Positions 54,492-64,000 of a stretch of 64,000 nucleotides of DNA are shown here, piece by piece. The stretch is taken from the NCBI GenBank assembly GCA_918797485.1, contig CAKKNE010000003.1, positions 1,798,001 through 1,862,000 on the forward strand, given 5' to 3'. The notes under the pieces were generated by a model that saw only the letters and a program-made list of their open reading frames with translations, was not told the origin of the DNA and made no database searches. The position numbers and the translations under genes were made by a program. Origin of the DNA: Pelagomonas calceolata (taxonomy: Eukaryota). Within the stretch, counting starts at the first letter, position 1; every line of letters begins with the position of its first letter.

Positions 54492-56589
54492 TCAGAGCCG
54501 GATCTCCGCCCCCGCGTCCAGCGCCGGCGTCCAGGCCGACGGCTCCGGAGCCACGTCGTCACCCTTCTCCTCCTCGTCTTCCACAAAATAGTTCTCCACG
54601 TCGCTCTCGTCGGAGTCCTCGGCTTTTTCAATTTTGATAGGCACGCGAGCAGTAACATACGTATACCCGGCGAAGAAGCGGTGGTCGTTGATCGCCTCGA
54701 CGCCGCCCTTGCCGTTACCTAACCTCTTACCTTGGTTCGGCCTCAACAGCAAATGTATAATATTTTCCAAATGACCAGAGCAATGAGGAGGCATCTTGTA
54801 CTTGCCCTCGAGAATTTTCTCGTAGACGTCCATCGGCCGCTCGGCGAAGAACGGTGTCTTCCCGTCGACCATCTCGAAGGCCAACACTCCTAGCGCCCAG
54901 TAGTCCACGGCGCGGTCGTGGCCCTCATTCAAAATGATTTCCGGGGCTAGATAGTCCGGCGAGCCGCAGAGCGTCCACGTCCGCGTGTCGACGACCTTGG
55001 CTAGCGAAAAGTCTACTAGTCGAGGATAGCCTCGCGAATCCAAACAGATGTTCTCCGGCTTCAAGTCTCTATAGGCTACTCGTTTCTCGTGCATGTGCTG
55101 TAGCGCTTGCGTCACGGCGTTCGCGTAGAATTTACAAGTGCTTTCAGAAAAGCGCTGCTGCTTCCGCAGGTAGGCGAAGATCTCGCCACCCGTTAATATC
55201 TCCAACAAAAAGTAGATGTAACACCGGTCTTGGAAGGAGCAATATAATTTAACTATACAAGGGTGGTCGAGCTTCATGAGCATTTCTCTCTCTCGTAAAA
55301 CATGGTCGCAGAGCGAGTTCTCGACGATCATGGCCTTCGACTGATATTTGAGAGCGTAGCTCGTGCCATTCCTCCGGTCCATGACGAGTTGTACTTTCCC
55401 GAAGGCCCCATGACCCAACGTTCGTTGTACATCTAGAACTTCTAGAGTGACGTCCAAAGCTACCCTATCTTCTTGCTCAACAACTTCTACTTCCTCGTTG
55501 GTGCCGTGCTGCACGAGGTCCTCGACGCTTCCCAATAGAGCCACAAAGTCTTCTCGGTCCAACGTGAGCACGCGGCAATCATTCCCGATCGCCGTGCACG
55601 TCGCCGTGCGCTTGTCGTCGGCCACCAAGGCTCGTTCGCCGAAGTAGTCTCCCTCATGAAGCTCGGCTACTTTCCCTACGTCCTTTATCGTGACTTCGAC
55701 GGTACCGGAAGAGATGACGTAGAAGGTCTTGCCCTCGTCGCCCTCCCTAATAATGTCCGTGCCATCCAATTGGTGCCTGCGTGGTTGTTACGGGTCGCGG
55801 CGATGGCGTTCCGACCACTGGCACGCCATCGACGCGAGGCCACGACTGAAGGCGACGTCCGGACGCGGCTCCGCACTCCTCGTCCATCGCACCGGCCAAT
55901 TTCGTCAACTGCGCCTCCGTGATGCAGTCCGTCAGCGGGCGCGTCGGCCCCATGAAGTGTTTGTCCTTGTTCAATATTACTTTCTTCAAAAGCTCCTTGT
56001 AGGCGAGAGCTCTTTTTTTAGCGTGCTTCGCCAGAATCGCGCGAAACGTACTTCGATCAAGGGTCCAGGCCGTGCACTCCGTCGCGGCGATGCAGGAAGC
56101 CGATCGAGGCGTGTTGTACATCAACGCCAACTCGCCAAACCCCCGACCCATGCCGCACGCGCCGACCTTGCCCCTCGATTCCACGTGAAATTCGACAGTA
56201 CCTGACTCGAGCACGTAGAACTCGTCGCCCCGATCGCCCTGTTGTATGATCACGTGTTTCGCATCAAAGTGGACAAACTTGAAAGCTCCGAGCATCTCCT
56301 CCTTCTCCGGCGTCCGACACCGCTTGAAGAAGGGATTCATGGCCATCGCCGCGTGGAGCATTTTTTTGACTGCCAAGGACTTCTCCGTGGGCTGCACATA
56401 CACCGTGGACTTCCTTCTATCATCCTTGACGAGCTCCGCGGCGAGCGCTCGCAGGTTCATCAATTCATTCCGCATCTCCAATTCATCGTCGAAGTCGTCG
56501 GCGTTCCGCCATGCCTCCGTGTTTTTTATCTGGAAGGCGGCTGTGATTTTTTGTTTGTACTCGCTCGGCAGGGAGGAGCCATTGCCCAT
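54492..56589 (-). CDS. cGMP-dependent protein kinase-like (2 cNMP domains + AGC kinase; exons 55877-56589, 54492-55776)
   Basis: FGELALMYNTPRSA, FGERAL...RTAT, LGHGAFGKV, YRDLKPEN, TWTLCGSPDYLAPE; MGNGSS myristoylation-like start. Confidence 0.9.
55777..55876 (-). other. Spliceosomal intron (100 nt, GT-AG) in the PKG-like gene
   Basis: gtgcgg...cacgcag; removal gives MDEEHQLDGTDIIREG. Carries CGCGTCGATGGCGT...ACGCCATCG. Confidence 0.88.
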
Positions 56590-56771
56590 CGTGCGGCCCT
56601 GCGAGTGCCTTGGGGCTGCCTACCTCTTGTACTGTTGCGGAGCGCCGGCCGCGGCGATGGCGCGGGGGCTGCCCGTTATCGATGCGAGGCGTCGCGCGCG
56701 CGCGTCTGTCTTCGTGGTACGCCGTCGTGCGTTAGGTCTAGCCTATAAGCAATCCGCCGAGGCGCTATGGG

Positions 56772-56794
56772 GCTAGTGCCTTAGCTCCGCTAGC
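56772..56794 (+). promoter_or_regulatory. Copy of the intergenic dyad element (GCTAGTGCCTTAgctcCGCTAGC)
   Basis: Between divergent genes. Confidence 0.6.
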
Positions 56795-57006
56795 TTTCAG
56801 CCTCGGCGCGCGGCATCTGTTTTTGTGCCGTCCTCCCGTGCAAAGTATAGCCAAAAAGTCGTGCAGGAGTCGTGTCTGCGAACCGTCGAACCGGGCGCTT
56901 ATTGTTCAGTACTGCTGGCACGCGTACAAGCCCGAGAGCATCTCACAAACAGGAGAGCACATTGGCAGACTGCCGCCAAAGCCGGCGCATAGCTCGGCAT
57001 AACAGC

Positions 57007-57693
57007 ATGGGAGACTCTGACGAGTTAGCAGTCCTAATCCTCTCCGGCTGGTCCGACGGCCCGCTGCCCGCCCTCGAACACTCCCTCCGCCAGCGCGGCC
57101 TGCGATGCGTGCGCGTGCCGCTGCCGATGCCGCCGTGTGGCGTGTATTGGTGCGCGAATCCGTTTCTGTTATTGCTCGCCGGCGTCGTCTGGCTCGCAAT
57201 CTACGCATGGAACGAATGCACGCTCGAGCCCTTCGTCGTCTTCGCCATCTTAATCATCGCGGCAACCCTCGTGGCCGCGCGGCTCTGCGTCGCCGGCGTC
57301 GTCCGGTTCGCGGAGTGTCACGGCGCGGCCAACGCGAAGCGCCTGCTCGCGCGCCATCGCGTGGCCCTGGTCGTCGGCTTCAGCTGGGGCGGCGGCATCG
57401 CGCATCGGTTGCTGGCGTCGCGGGGCTGGCGAGGGCCGACGCTGCTGTTGGCCCCGACGACGGTGGCGATGGCTCGCTGCGCGCTGCGCTCGCCGCAGCG
57501 CCTCGACGAAGCGCGCGTGAGGGTCGTCCTCGCGAGCGACGACGGCTTCGTTCCGCGCCCCGCGACGGAGAGTCTCTACGAGGCCGTCGCGGTCGTCCAC
57601 GATGATCACCCCCTCTGCGGGCGAGCCGCTAGGGACGCCATCGCGGGCGCTTCCGCGGAGCTGCTGTCCGAGCCGGTAAATTTTGTTAGTTAA
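57007..57693 (+). CDS. Small alpha/beta-hydrolase-fold membrane protein
   Basis: VVGFSWGG nucleophile elbow, PTLLLAP, D and HDDH candidates; two TMs. Confidence 0.7.
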   Translation: MGDSDELAVLILSGWSDGPLPALEHSLRQRGLRCVRVPLPMPPCGVYWCANPFLLLLAGVVWLAIYAWNECTLEPFVVFAILIIAATLVAARLCVAGVVRFAECHGAANAKRLLARHRVALVVGFSWGGGIAHRLLASRGWRGPTLLLAPTTVAMARCALRSPQRLDEARVRVVLASDDGFVPRPATESLYEAVAVVHDDHPLCGRAARDAIAGASAELLSEPVNFVS

Positions 57694-57703
57694 ACACAGA
57701 TTA

Positions 57704-58147
57704 TCACATGTCCATGGCGTCGCCGCTGCTGCGTGCGGACTCCTCGGCGCACGACAGGCAGACGACGCGCTCGTAGCGCGCCTGGTAGTCGACGGTCGAG
57801 CAGACGGCGCAGAACAGGCCGTCGCAGGCCTCGCAGCGCCGCGCGCACCCCTCGCAGGCGGGCCGCTCGCAGTACGCGCAGGCGGCGCACGGCGCGGTCT
57901 TCGCGCAAGACGTGCACGTGGCCGGCGCGGTGGCCGGCGCGGGCGCGGGCGGCAGCACGTGCGCCGCGCTGCAGCGCAGCTGGTCGAGCGGCGACGTGTA
58001 CGTGATTTTGGCGCGCCGCGCGAGCAGCGGCGTCAACCCCGTGCCGCGCGTGCGCTTCGCAGGCGGCAAGCCGTCCTCGCATTTGCGCTTGAGCGGCGTG
58101 CCGGCGCCGTAGTTCGGGCGCGCGACCGTGGTTGTTGTGGAATACAT
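57704..58147 (-). CDS. SIVA-like Cys-rich zinc finger protein
   Basis: LKRKC; CAYCERPACEGCARRCEACDGLFCAVCSTVDY..RYERVVCLSC. Confidence 0.7.
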   Translation of the reverse strand: MYSTTTTVARPNYGAGTPLKRKCEDGLPPAKRTRGTGLTPLLARRAKITYTSPLDQLRCSAAHVLPPAPAPATAPATCTSCAKTAPCAACAYCERPACEGCARRCEACDGLFCAVCSTVDYQARYERVVCLSCAEESARSSGDAMDM

Positions 58148-58400
58148 GACTAGTGCGCGCAGCGACGGCGTGAGTGGCTCTGTAATGCTTAAAGCACTTG
58201 AGCACGCAGCGCTGGCTGTGTATGCTTAAACCAGCGCGCTGGCGCGGGAGAGGCTGTGCCCTGGATCGGTTTCACAGGCAACGCGGCGGACAGGCGAGTT
58301 TGCTGCTTCGACTAGAAGGCCGATGTGAATCCCTGCGCCTGCGTGTGGCCACAAGAGCCAAGCACAATGGCTTTTTAAGCTGGCGCGCCAAGCTCGATGA

Positions 58401-58423
58401 GCTAGCGGCCCGTAAGATACTAG
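58401..58423 (-). promoter_or_regulatory. Copy of the intergenic dyad element
   Basis: Reverse complement reads CTAGTATCTTACgggcCGCTAGC; between divergent genes. Confidence 0.6.
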
Positions 58424-58659
58424 GCTACGGCAAAAGTGAGACACCTCGTTCAGGAGCAGGCAACGCATGACTAGGCCTCCAATTACACCTCCCAGAGCCG
58501 AGCTAGTGCAGAGACTCTAGCTAGAGGGACCGGTAGCTTTTGCACACCGCGAAACGAGGCGCACGAAGGCAATCTGGGCAGCCGAAGGGCTGCGAATTGA
58601 TCGAGCGAAGTCATTGCGACGCGCCGCGGGACGCAATCACAGCAGACGGGCTGCGAATC

Positions 58660-61600
58660 ATGGCGCCCGGCAGTCGAGCAGAGCTGCCCCACAACCCAAT
58701 AAGGCAATACAAGCCGCCGCTCGCGGAGCGGCTGACCAGCCTCTATGATGAGCCGCCGGCGCCGCCGACGCGCCGGCAGAAGATTGACGCGACTTACGCC
58801 GCTCTCAACCGCGAGCGCTCAATCGCTGAGCAAGAGGCCGCCGCGCGCGAGCGCTCGGCGGCCGCCGAGGAGGCGCGGCTGGAGCGGGCTCTGGAACACG
58901 AGCGGCGCCGGACGCTGGCGGCGAAGCTTGCGTTGGCGCGGTCGCAGCGGGACCTCGCTGCCAGATGGGCGGCGCGGCTCGTGCTCAGGCATCGCGCGGG
59001 CGACCGGCGCTTGGGCGCCTGGGCCATATGGAAGTGCGAAGCGGCGCGGCGGGCGGCAATCGCTCGCGCACTACGACGCGCCGGAGCCATTCTCGTGAAG
59101 GCGGCCAAGCGTGACGCCTGGGCGGCCTGGCGGCGACGCGCGACGCAGCGCCGTGCCTTGGCGCATCTCGCGCGCCGCCTGACGACGCGGGCGGCGCGGC
59201 GCACCTTCCACCGCTGGCGCACCGCTTCTGAAACGGCAGGCGTGCTGCGAGCGGCGGCCCTCGCGGCCACGAGCGTGACGGAGTCGACGGCGCGGCGCCA
59301 CGCCGAGACGATCGCCGAGCTCGAGGCAAAGCTAGCGGCGCAGGTCGCCAAGGCCACCTTCGACGCAGCACAGGCCGCCGACGAGGAGGCGGCATTGCGT
59401 GCGGCCGAGTCCCAGGAATGGGAGCGCCGCGTCGCTGTGGCCGACGCCGCCGCCAAAACGGAGCGAAATCGCGCGGCGGAGGCGGACGCCGCCCGGGCGG
59501 AGGACAGGCGGGTCCGCGACGCACTGCGCCAGACGCTCGAGCATCGCGACGCCGCGAGCGCGGCCGACCGCGACCGTGCGGCCGACGCGGCGGCCGCCGC
59601 GGATGCAGCGTTTGCAGCTGCAAACTCTGCGCGGCGCGCGGCGATACGGCGGGCTGACGCGGCTTGTACCGCGCTGCGAGAAGCAAAGGCGTCGGCGGAG
59701 CGTCGGCGAGACCGACGCGCCGCGAAGGCTCAGAGCGACGCTTTAGAGATGGACCGGCGCGACGCGAGGGTCGCCGCCAGAGACGCGCAACTCGCGCTCG
59801 ACGTGGCCGCGGCGCGGCAAAACGCGGTGACCGAACGGTCGAAGCGCGCTGAAGCTGACGCCAGGGCGGACGAAGCGGCGATCGCGGCGAGTCACGCGAA
59901 GGACGCCCAGCAGCGTTTGGAAGAGGAGATCAAGGTCGCGACCGCGGCTAGAACGAAAGCGGAGGGCCGCGCGGCGCGCGTCGAAATCCAGTCCGCCGCG
60001 GTCGAGGCGGCGCGGGACGACGCTGTAGCTCGGGCGGCGGCGGCTCAGGCGGAGGCGGCACAGGCGCGGACCGCCGCCTCGAAGGCGAGGCTCTGTGCTA
60101 TGCGAGTCGCAACCAGAGCGGCGCGCGACGTCGACCGCGCCACGACCGCAGCCGCGGCCGCCGAGGCGACAGCGACGACGGCCGAGTTGCGTGCCAGCGG
60201 CGCCGAGAAGGCCCGTGACCTTGCACAAGCCGAGGCCGCGCGGTGCCGCAAGGCGGATGAGACGCAGCGCGCCGCGCTCGCTGCCGCGGAGGCGAGGTCA
60301 AGGGATGTGGTCAGAGAGGCGCAGGAGAAATTGGCCGCGGTGGAAGAATGTGTTCGAGATTCTCGCGCGGAACGCGACTCTGCCGTCAACGCGGCACAAG
60401 AGGAACGCGACGCGGCTGTCGCCGCCGCGCAAGAGGAGCGCGACGAGTCAGTTGAGGAGGCGAGGCGCGAACGGGACGCGGCGGTCGCCCAGGCGCGGGC
60501 AGAGTTAGAGAATCTATCGGACGAGGCGGCCGAACACCACGACCGCGGAGCCAAAGCGTTACTGCGATGCGCGGAGCTTGACGTTGCCCTGCGTGAGAGT
60601 GATGCCCAGCGACGCCAGTTGCACGACGCGCTGCAAACGCTCAGAGGTGGCGTTCGCGTCTGCGCTCGGTTGAAACCAGGTGCCGGTGCCATCCGCGCCG
60701 AGGGCCTTGACGCCGTCGTCGTGCCCTCCGCGGCGCGGACGAAGGTCGATGGCGGCGCCGCGCCCTCTGCGAAGCCGCGGTGCGTGCGCCTCGACCGCGT
60801 CTTCGGGCCGGAATCGGCGCAGGGCGAGGTGTACGCTGAGGTGGATGCACTCGTGAGGAGCGCGTTGGATGGCTACGACGTCTGCGTATTGGCCTACGGT
60901 GCGACCGGCTCGGGAAAGACCCATACGATGCTTGGTGAGGACGGCATCGTCCCTTCCGCGGCGAAAGCAATAGCCGCGGCCGCTAGGGACCGGCAGCGGC
61001 GCGGTTGGAGTCTACGAGTCAGGGCTACGGCCGTGGAAGTATACGCCGAGAAGTGCTTTGATCTGCTCGGCGACGACCGCGAGCCGTTGGTGCTCCGCGA
61101 CGACGGCTCCGTTGACGGTGCCAGCGTTCACACGGTATCGGCGGACGACGATCTGGCGGACCTGGTGCGGCGCGCCTCAGACGCCCGACGGACCGCGGCG
61201 ACGGCGCTCAACGACCGGTCGTCGCGGTCGCACGCCCTGGTGCGCGTCGAGTTGGACGGCGACGACGGCCGCGAGCGGCTCACGGGCTCTCTCACGCTCG
61301 TCGACCTCGCCGGCTCCGAGCGGGCGGATCGGGCAGGCACGGCGCAACCAGGAGCATGTGACGTGCGCCTCCGGGAAGCGTGCGCCATCAACCGGAGCCT
61401 CCTCTGTCTCTGCGACGTCTTTCGGGCGCTCGCGCGGCGCGGTCGCGCTTCGGACGACGCGGTCCACGTACCTTATCGGAACTCCGTGCTCACTCGTCTG
61501 TTGCAGCGGCCGCTTTCGGGCACGGGAAAATGCCTCGTCGTGGCGAACGTGGCGCCCGACCAGGCTCAGGAGACAAATGCGACGCTCCGCTTCGCCGCCG

Positions 61601-61710
61601 ATGTCTCAAATATCGCCACGAATGCGCCGACGAAGCACGTCGCGAAGAGGAACGTGCTCCGCGCGCGGTCTGCGAACGTGACGAGGCCCAGGAAACGTAG
61701 TACAAAGTAA
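58660..61710 (+). CDS. Kinesin-14 (C-terminal motor) with long coiled coil
   Basis: LQTLRGGVRVCAR, AYGATGSGKTHTM, NDRSSRSH, LVDLAGSER, HVPYRNSVLTRLLQ. Confidence 0.92.
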   Translation: MAPGSRAELPHNPIRQYKPPLAERLTSLYDEPPAPPTRRQKIDATYAALNRERSIAEQEAAARERSAAAEEARLERALEHERRRTLAAKLALARSQRDLAARWAARLVLRHRAGDRRLGAWAIWKCEAARRAAIARALRRAGAILVKAAKRDAWAAWRRRATQRRALAHLARRLTTRAARRTFHRWRTASETAGVLRAAALAATSVTESTARRHAETIAELEAKLAAQVAKATFDAAQAADEEAALRAAESQEWERRVAVADAAAKTERNRAAEADAARAEDRRVRDALRQTLEHRDAASAADRDRAADAAAAADAAFAAANSARRAAIRRADAACTALREAKASAERRRDRRAAKAQSDALEMDRRDARVAARDAQLALDVAAARQNAVTERSKRAEADARADEAAIAASHAKDAQQRLEEEIKVATAARTKAEGRAARVEIQSAAVEAARDDAVARAAAAQAEAAQARTAASKARLCAMRVATRAARDVDRATTAAAAAEATATTAELRASGAEKARDLAQAEAARCRKADETQRAALAAAEARSRDVVREAQEKLAAVEECVRDSRAERDSAVNAAQEERDAAVAAAQEERDESVEEARRERDAAVAQARAELENLSDEAAEHHDRGAKALLRCAELDVALRESDAQRRQLHDALQTLRGGVRVCARLKPGAGAIRAEGLDAVVVPSAARTKVDGGAAPSAKPRCVRLDRVFGPESAQGEVYAEVDALVRSALDGYDVCVLAYGATGSGKTHTMLGEDGIVPSAAKAIAAAARDRQRRGWSLRVRATAVEVYAEKCFDLLGDDREPLVLRDDGSVDGASVHTVSADDDLADLVRRASDARRTAATALNDRSSRSHALVRVELDGDDGRERLTGSLTLVDLAGSERADRAGTAQPGACDVRLREACAINRSLLCLCDVFRALARRGRASDDAVHVPYRNSVLTRLLQRPLSGTGKCLVVANVAPDQAQETNATLRFAADVSNIATNAPTKHVAKRNVLRARSANVTRPRKRSTK

Positions 61711-61713
61711 ACA

Positions 61714-62220
61714 CTACTTATGCCTCGCCCGCTCCCGCCGCGCGGCGGCCTTCCGCCGTAGCTCGCGGGCCCACGTTTCAAAGTCGTCGACCTCGCGCAG
61801 CAGCGAGACGACCTCGCGGCAGCCATCGCGCGCCCAGGTCCAGCCCTCGCGCTTCTCGATCGTTTCGACGAGGCGCACAAAGCTCTGCGGCGTGTGATGT
61901 GACCTCTCCAGGACGCCCTGCACGTGACCCTCGACCAGGCTCTTGAAAGCATGGTGAAGCTCCGTCCAAACCAAGGGATATTCGCCGTCGCCAGCGTCGT
62001 CGTCGGCCGCCATCGCACGATCCGCGAAGGTCTCGATCTCGTCGCGCAGCGAGTGGCCCTCCTTCGACTCGCACGAGTTCCAGGCGTCGTCATCGCTGCT
62101 GTCGCTCGAGTCGCCGCCACCACCGATGCTTATGGGCTCATAGAGCAGGTCCTCCAGTGAGCCGAGCACTGTCATCACAATCTCTTCGTCTTCGCCATCG
62201 ATCTCCTCGCAGACCGGCAT
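61714..62220 (-). CDS. BART (ARL2/3-binding) domain protein
   Basis: EYPLVWTELHHAFKSLVE...FVRL...VDDFETW. Confidence 0.65.
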   Translation of the reverse strand: MPVCEEIDGEDEEIVMTVLGSLEDLLYEPISIGGGGDSSDSSDDDAWNSCESKEGHSLRDEIETFADRAMAADDDAGDGEYPLVWTELHHAFKSLVEGHVQGVLERSHHTPQSFVRLVETIEKREGWTWARDGCREVVSLLREVDDFETWARELRRKAAARRERARHK

Positions 62221-62351
62221 CGCTGCCCGCACCGCTGCGCACGGGTATGCGGGCTGCCCCCGGGCAGTTCTCTAGGTCGCGGGCAGTGCTGGAGCTGCCC
62301 AGGCCGGCAAAGGATGCCTCAAAGGCGCTCCATTGCCAGACAGCCCCAAAA

Positions 62352-62374
62352 GCTAGTGCCTTGGATTAACTAGC
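62352..62374 (+). promoter_or_regulatory. Degenerate copy of the intergenic dyad element (GCTAGTGCCTTggattaaCTAGC)
   Basis: About 130 bp upstream of the BART gene start. Confidence 0.45.
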
Positions 62375-62383
62375 TAACAAAAC

Positions 62384-63619
62384 TTACCCTCTCCGAAGCC
62401 CCTCGAGCCGCACGGGATCCGCAAGCCCCCAGCGGAAGAGGAGCGCGTTGACGCAGGCCGCATCCGTCGCCAATTCGTCCAGCAAGGCCGCGCGCGCGAC
62501 GAGCGCGAGCAGGTCGAGGAATTGGGCGTACGCGAGGCCGCGCGCCTTTTTTTGCTTTTCGACGACGCGGTACAACGCCAGGAGCGTGTCGGCGTCGACC
62601 AGGCTCGGTGCGATGTCGAAGTCGCCGCAGAGCGCCAGGACGTCCTCGAAGGTCAGGATTTGGACGCCGCGCGTCGGCGACGCCTTGGCGTAGGCGGCGA
62701 AGAGGCCGCGGAGCGCCGCGTCGGCGGACTTGAGTGTAGCCCGCACGTCGGCGTCGCCCCGGACGGCGCTCAGCGCGGCGCGGGACCCAACCGGCCGCCG
62801 CGGCGTCGATGGCGAGAGCGCCACGGGCGGCGCTCGTGGCGGCGCCCCGGGCGGTGGACCCGGCGGCGGCGGTGGTACTCCCGTCGGCGGCGGCGGCTCG
62901 GGCGCTTCCGGTGAGCCAACCGGCGGCGGCGGCGCGGGCACCACGCGGACGCCGACCGGCGAGCCGCGTATCGGCCGGCCATCGCGGGACGCGTGGACGA
63001 GTATCTCGGCGCCGGGAGTGGCGTCAGTTCGGACCACGACGGCGTTCCCCGCCGCCGCCGCTGGCCCCTCGACGCGCAGGTCGAAATCCGCCGCATGGCC
63101 GTAGGCGTCGCGCACGTCGATGTCAATTTTCTCGCCCGGCGCCGCCTCGTTTGGCCCGGCCAGCGCGCAGGGCGCCCCCGCCGCGACGGTTGTTGTGAAC
63201 GGTGATCCGGGCACGGGCACCTCGTCATCCAACAGAATCGAGAGCTCGTAGGGACCCGGCGGCGCCGCGACGAGGTAGGAGCACGCGTAGGTCCCGTCCT
63301 CCTCCACCACATCAAGCTCATAGCGGTGCGTGGCCGACTCCAGCGCGGCGAAGAACTTTAGATTCTTGTGCGGCGCGTCGATGGCGAACGACGCGCACCG
63401 CCCGTTGACGCAGCGCCTCAAACCATCTCCCCGGCAGCGGAACGTCGCGACGGCCCGGCGCGCCTCGAAGGCCGCGGACCGCGCGTCGGCCGAGCGCCGC
63501 TGCGCGCGGACCTTCCCGTCGGCCTTGCGCCGGGCCGCGTCGATGCGCGCCTTCTCGGCGGCGCGCGTCGTGCGGGCGGCCATGTCGTTCAGATTATCCC
63601 GGAGCGGTGTCGGCGGCAT
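62384..63619 (-). CDS. Filamin/ABP280-repeat protein with poly-Pro and EF-hand-like C-terminus
   Basis: CRGDGL, DGTYACSY...GPYELSI...VPGSPF, IRGSPV; LRGLFAAYA...LAYAQFLDLL. Confidence 0.75.
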   Translation of the reverse strand: MPPTPLRDNLNDMAARTTRAAEKARIDAARRKADGKVRAQRRSADARSAAFEARRAVATFRCRGDGLRRCVNGRCASFAIDAPHKNLKFFAALESATHRYELDVVEEDGTYACSYLVAAPPGPYELSILLDDEVPVPGSPFTTTVAAGAPCALAGPNEAAPGEKIDIDVRDAYGHAADFDLRVEGPAAAAGNAVVVRTDATPGAEILVHASRDGRPIRGSPVGVRVVPAPPPPVGSPEAPEPPPPTGVPPPPPGPPPGAPPRAPPVALSPSTPRRPVGSRAALSAVRGDADVRATLKSADAALRGLFAAYAKASPTRGVQILTFEDVLALCGDFDIAPSLVDADTLLALYRVVEKQKKARGLAYAQFLDLLALVARAALLDELATDAACVNALLFRWGLADPVRLEGLRRG

Positions 63620-64000
63620 TGGTAGGGCTGCCGCTCGCGCCGCGTGTGAGACTTGCGAGAGTCGTCCGACACGAATGTCGGTCGAGGGCTGCTTTACGTG
63701 CCTTTTTTAGGCGCCCAACCATTGCTCTTTTTGTAAAAGCTGGAGGCAGAGAGATCACAGACCGTCGCTCTAGCGCCGCGCCATCCAAGTCTTTCTTGCA
63801 CAAGAATTGGTGTGCGGCCAAACGACTCCCCAGAAAGCTTCTGGCAACCTCACGGTGGGAAAAGGGCGACGCTGGCTTGCCAAAAGGCTGCCCCAGATGC
63901 TGCTGCCGCGTCGACGGCATCCGGTCGTCCCGTGGTGCAGTGCGGTCCAATGCGCGTGAGAGCAACCAACATGACCTTTCAAACGGTTCGGAACGGCTGA

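Noticed and set aside
4532..62374. Dyad element as a CRISPR repeat or Helitron 3' end
   Set aside because: Copies are kilobases apart with whole genes between them and no cas genes. No consistent upstream hairpin or shared upstream body as expected for Helitron CTAG ends, although a repeat origin is not excluded.
62800..63390. CGTCGATGGCG matches inside the filamin-repeat gene
   Set aside because: They lie in an uninterrupted reading frame without TIR/TSD or a need for splicing; likely chance codon matches.
1..64000. Hundreds of overlapping and antisense ORFs in the six-frame track
   Set aside because: Expected shadow ORFs in high-GC coding DNA: R/A/P-rich and without recognisable motifs.
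1..64000. Autonomous transposase, tRNA or rRNA genes
   Set aside because: No DDE or reverse-transcriptase motifs and no structural RNA signatures recognised by eye.

Overview
Gene-dense, GC-rich eukaryotic nuclear DNA with about 39 mostly intron-less protein genes, often in alternating divergent/convergent pairs. Plastid-targeting-like N-termini, ciliary genes, an FEA1/ISIP2-type iron protein and the intron type suggest a pelagophyte alga (Pelagomonas/Aureococcus-like); this is inference. Recognisable genes include TypA/BipA, UAP1, MgtE, a UAA transporter, alpha-SNAP, a SpoU methylase, WDR33, SAC3/GANP, DZIP1-like, a CheR-domain protein, a kinase-HECT-Tudor giant, THI5-like, CPPED1, DeSI, PKG, SIVA-like, kinesin-14 and a BART protein. 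Two non-coding systems stand out. (1) Introner-type elements: two have TIRs (CTGTGTGGAAATC...GATTTCCACACAG) and exact 8-bp target-site duplications and form introns in opposite orientations relative to their host genes. A 14-mer (CGCGTCGATGGCGT), exact or as a near-variant, occurs in all five well-supported introns and in three 3'-flanking regions. (2) A dyad-symmetric ~24-bp element, GCTAGTGYCTTACA-N2-3-CGCTAGC, occurs about 15-16 times, always in intergenic DNA upstream of a gene start. All calls are by eye; no searches were run.
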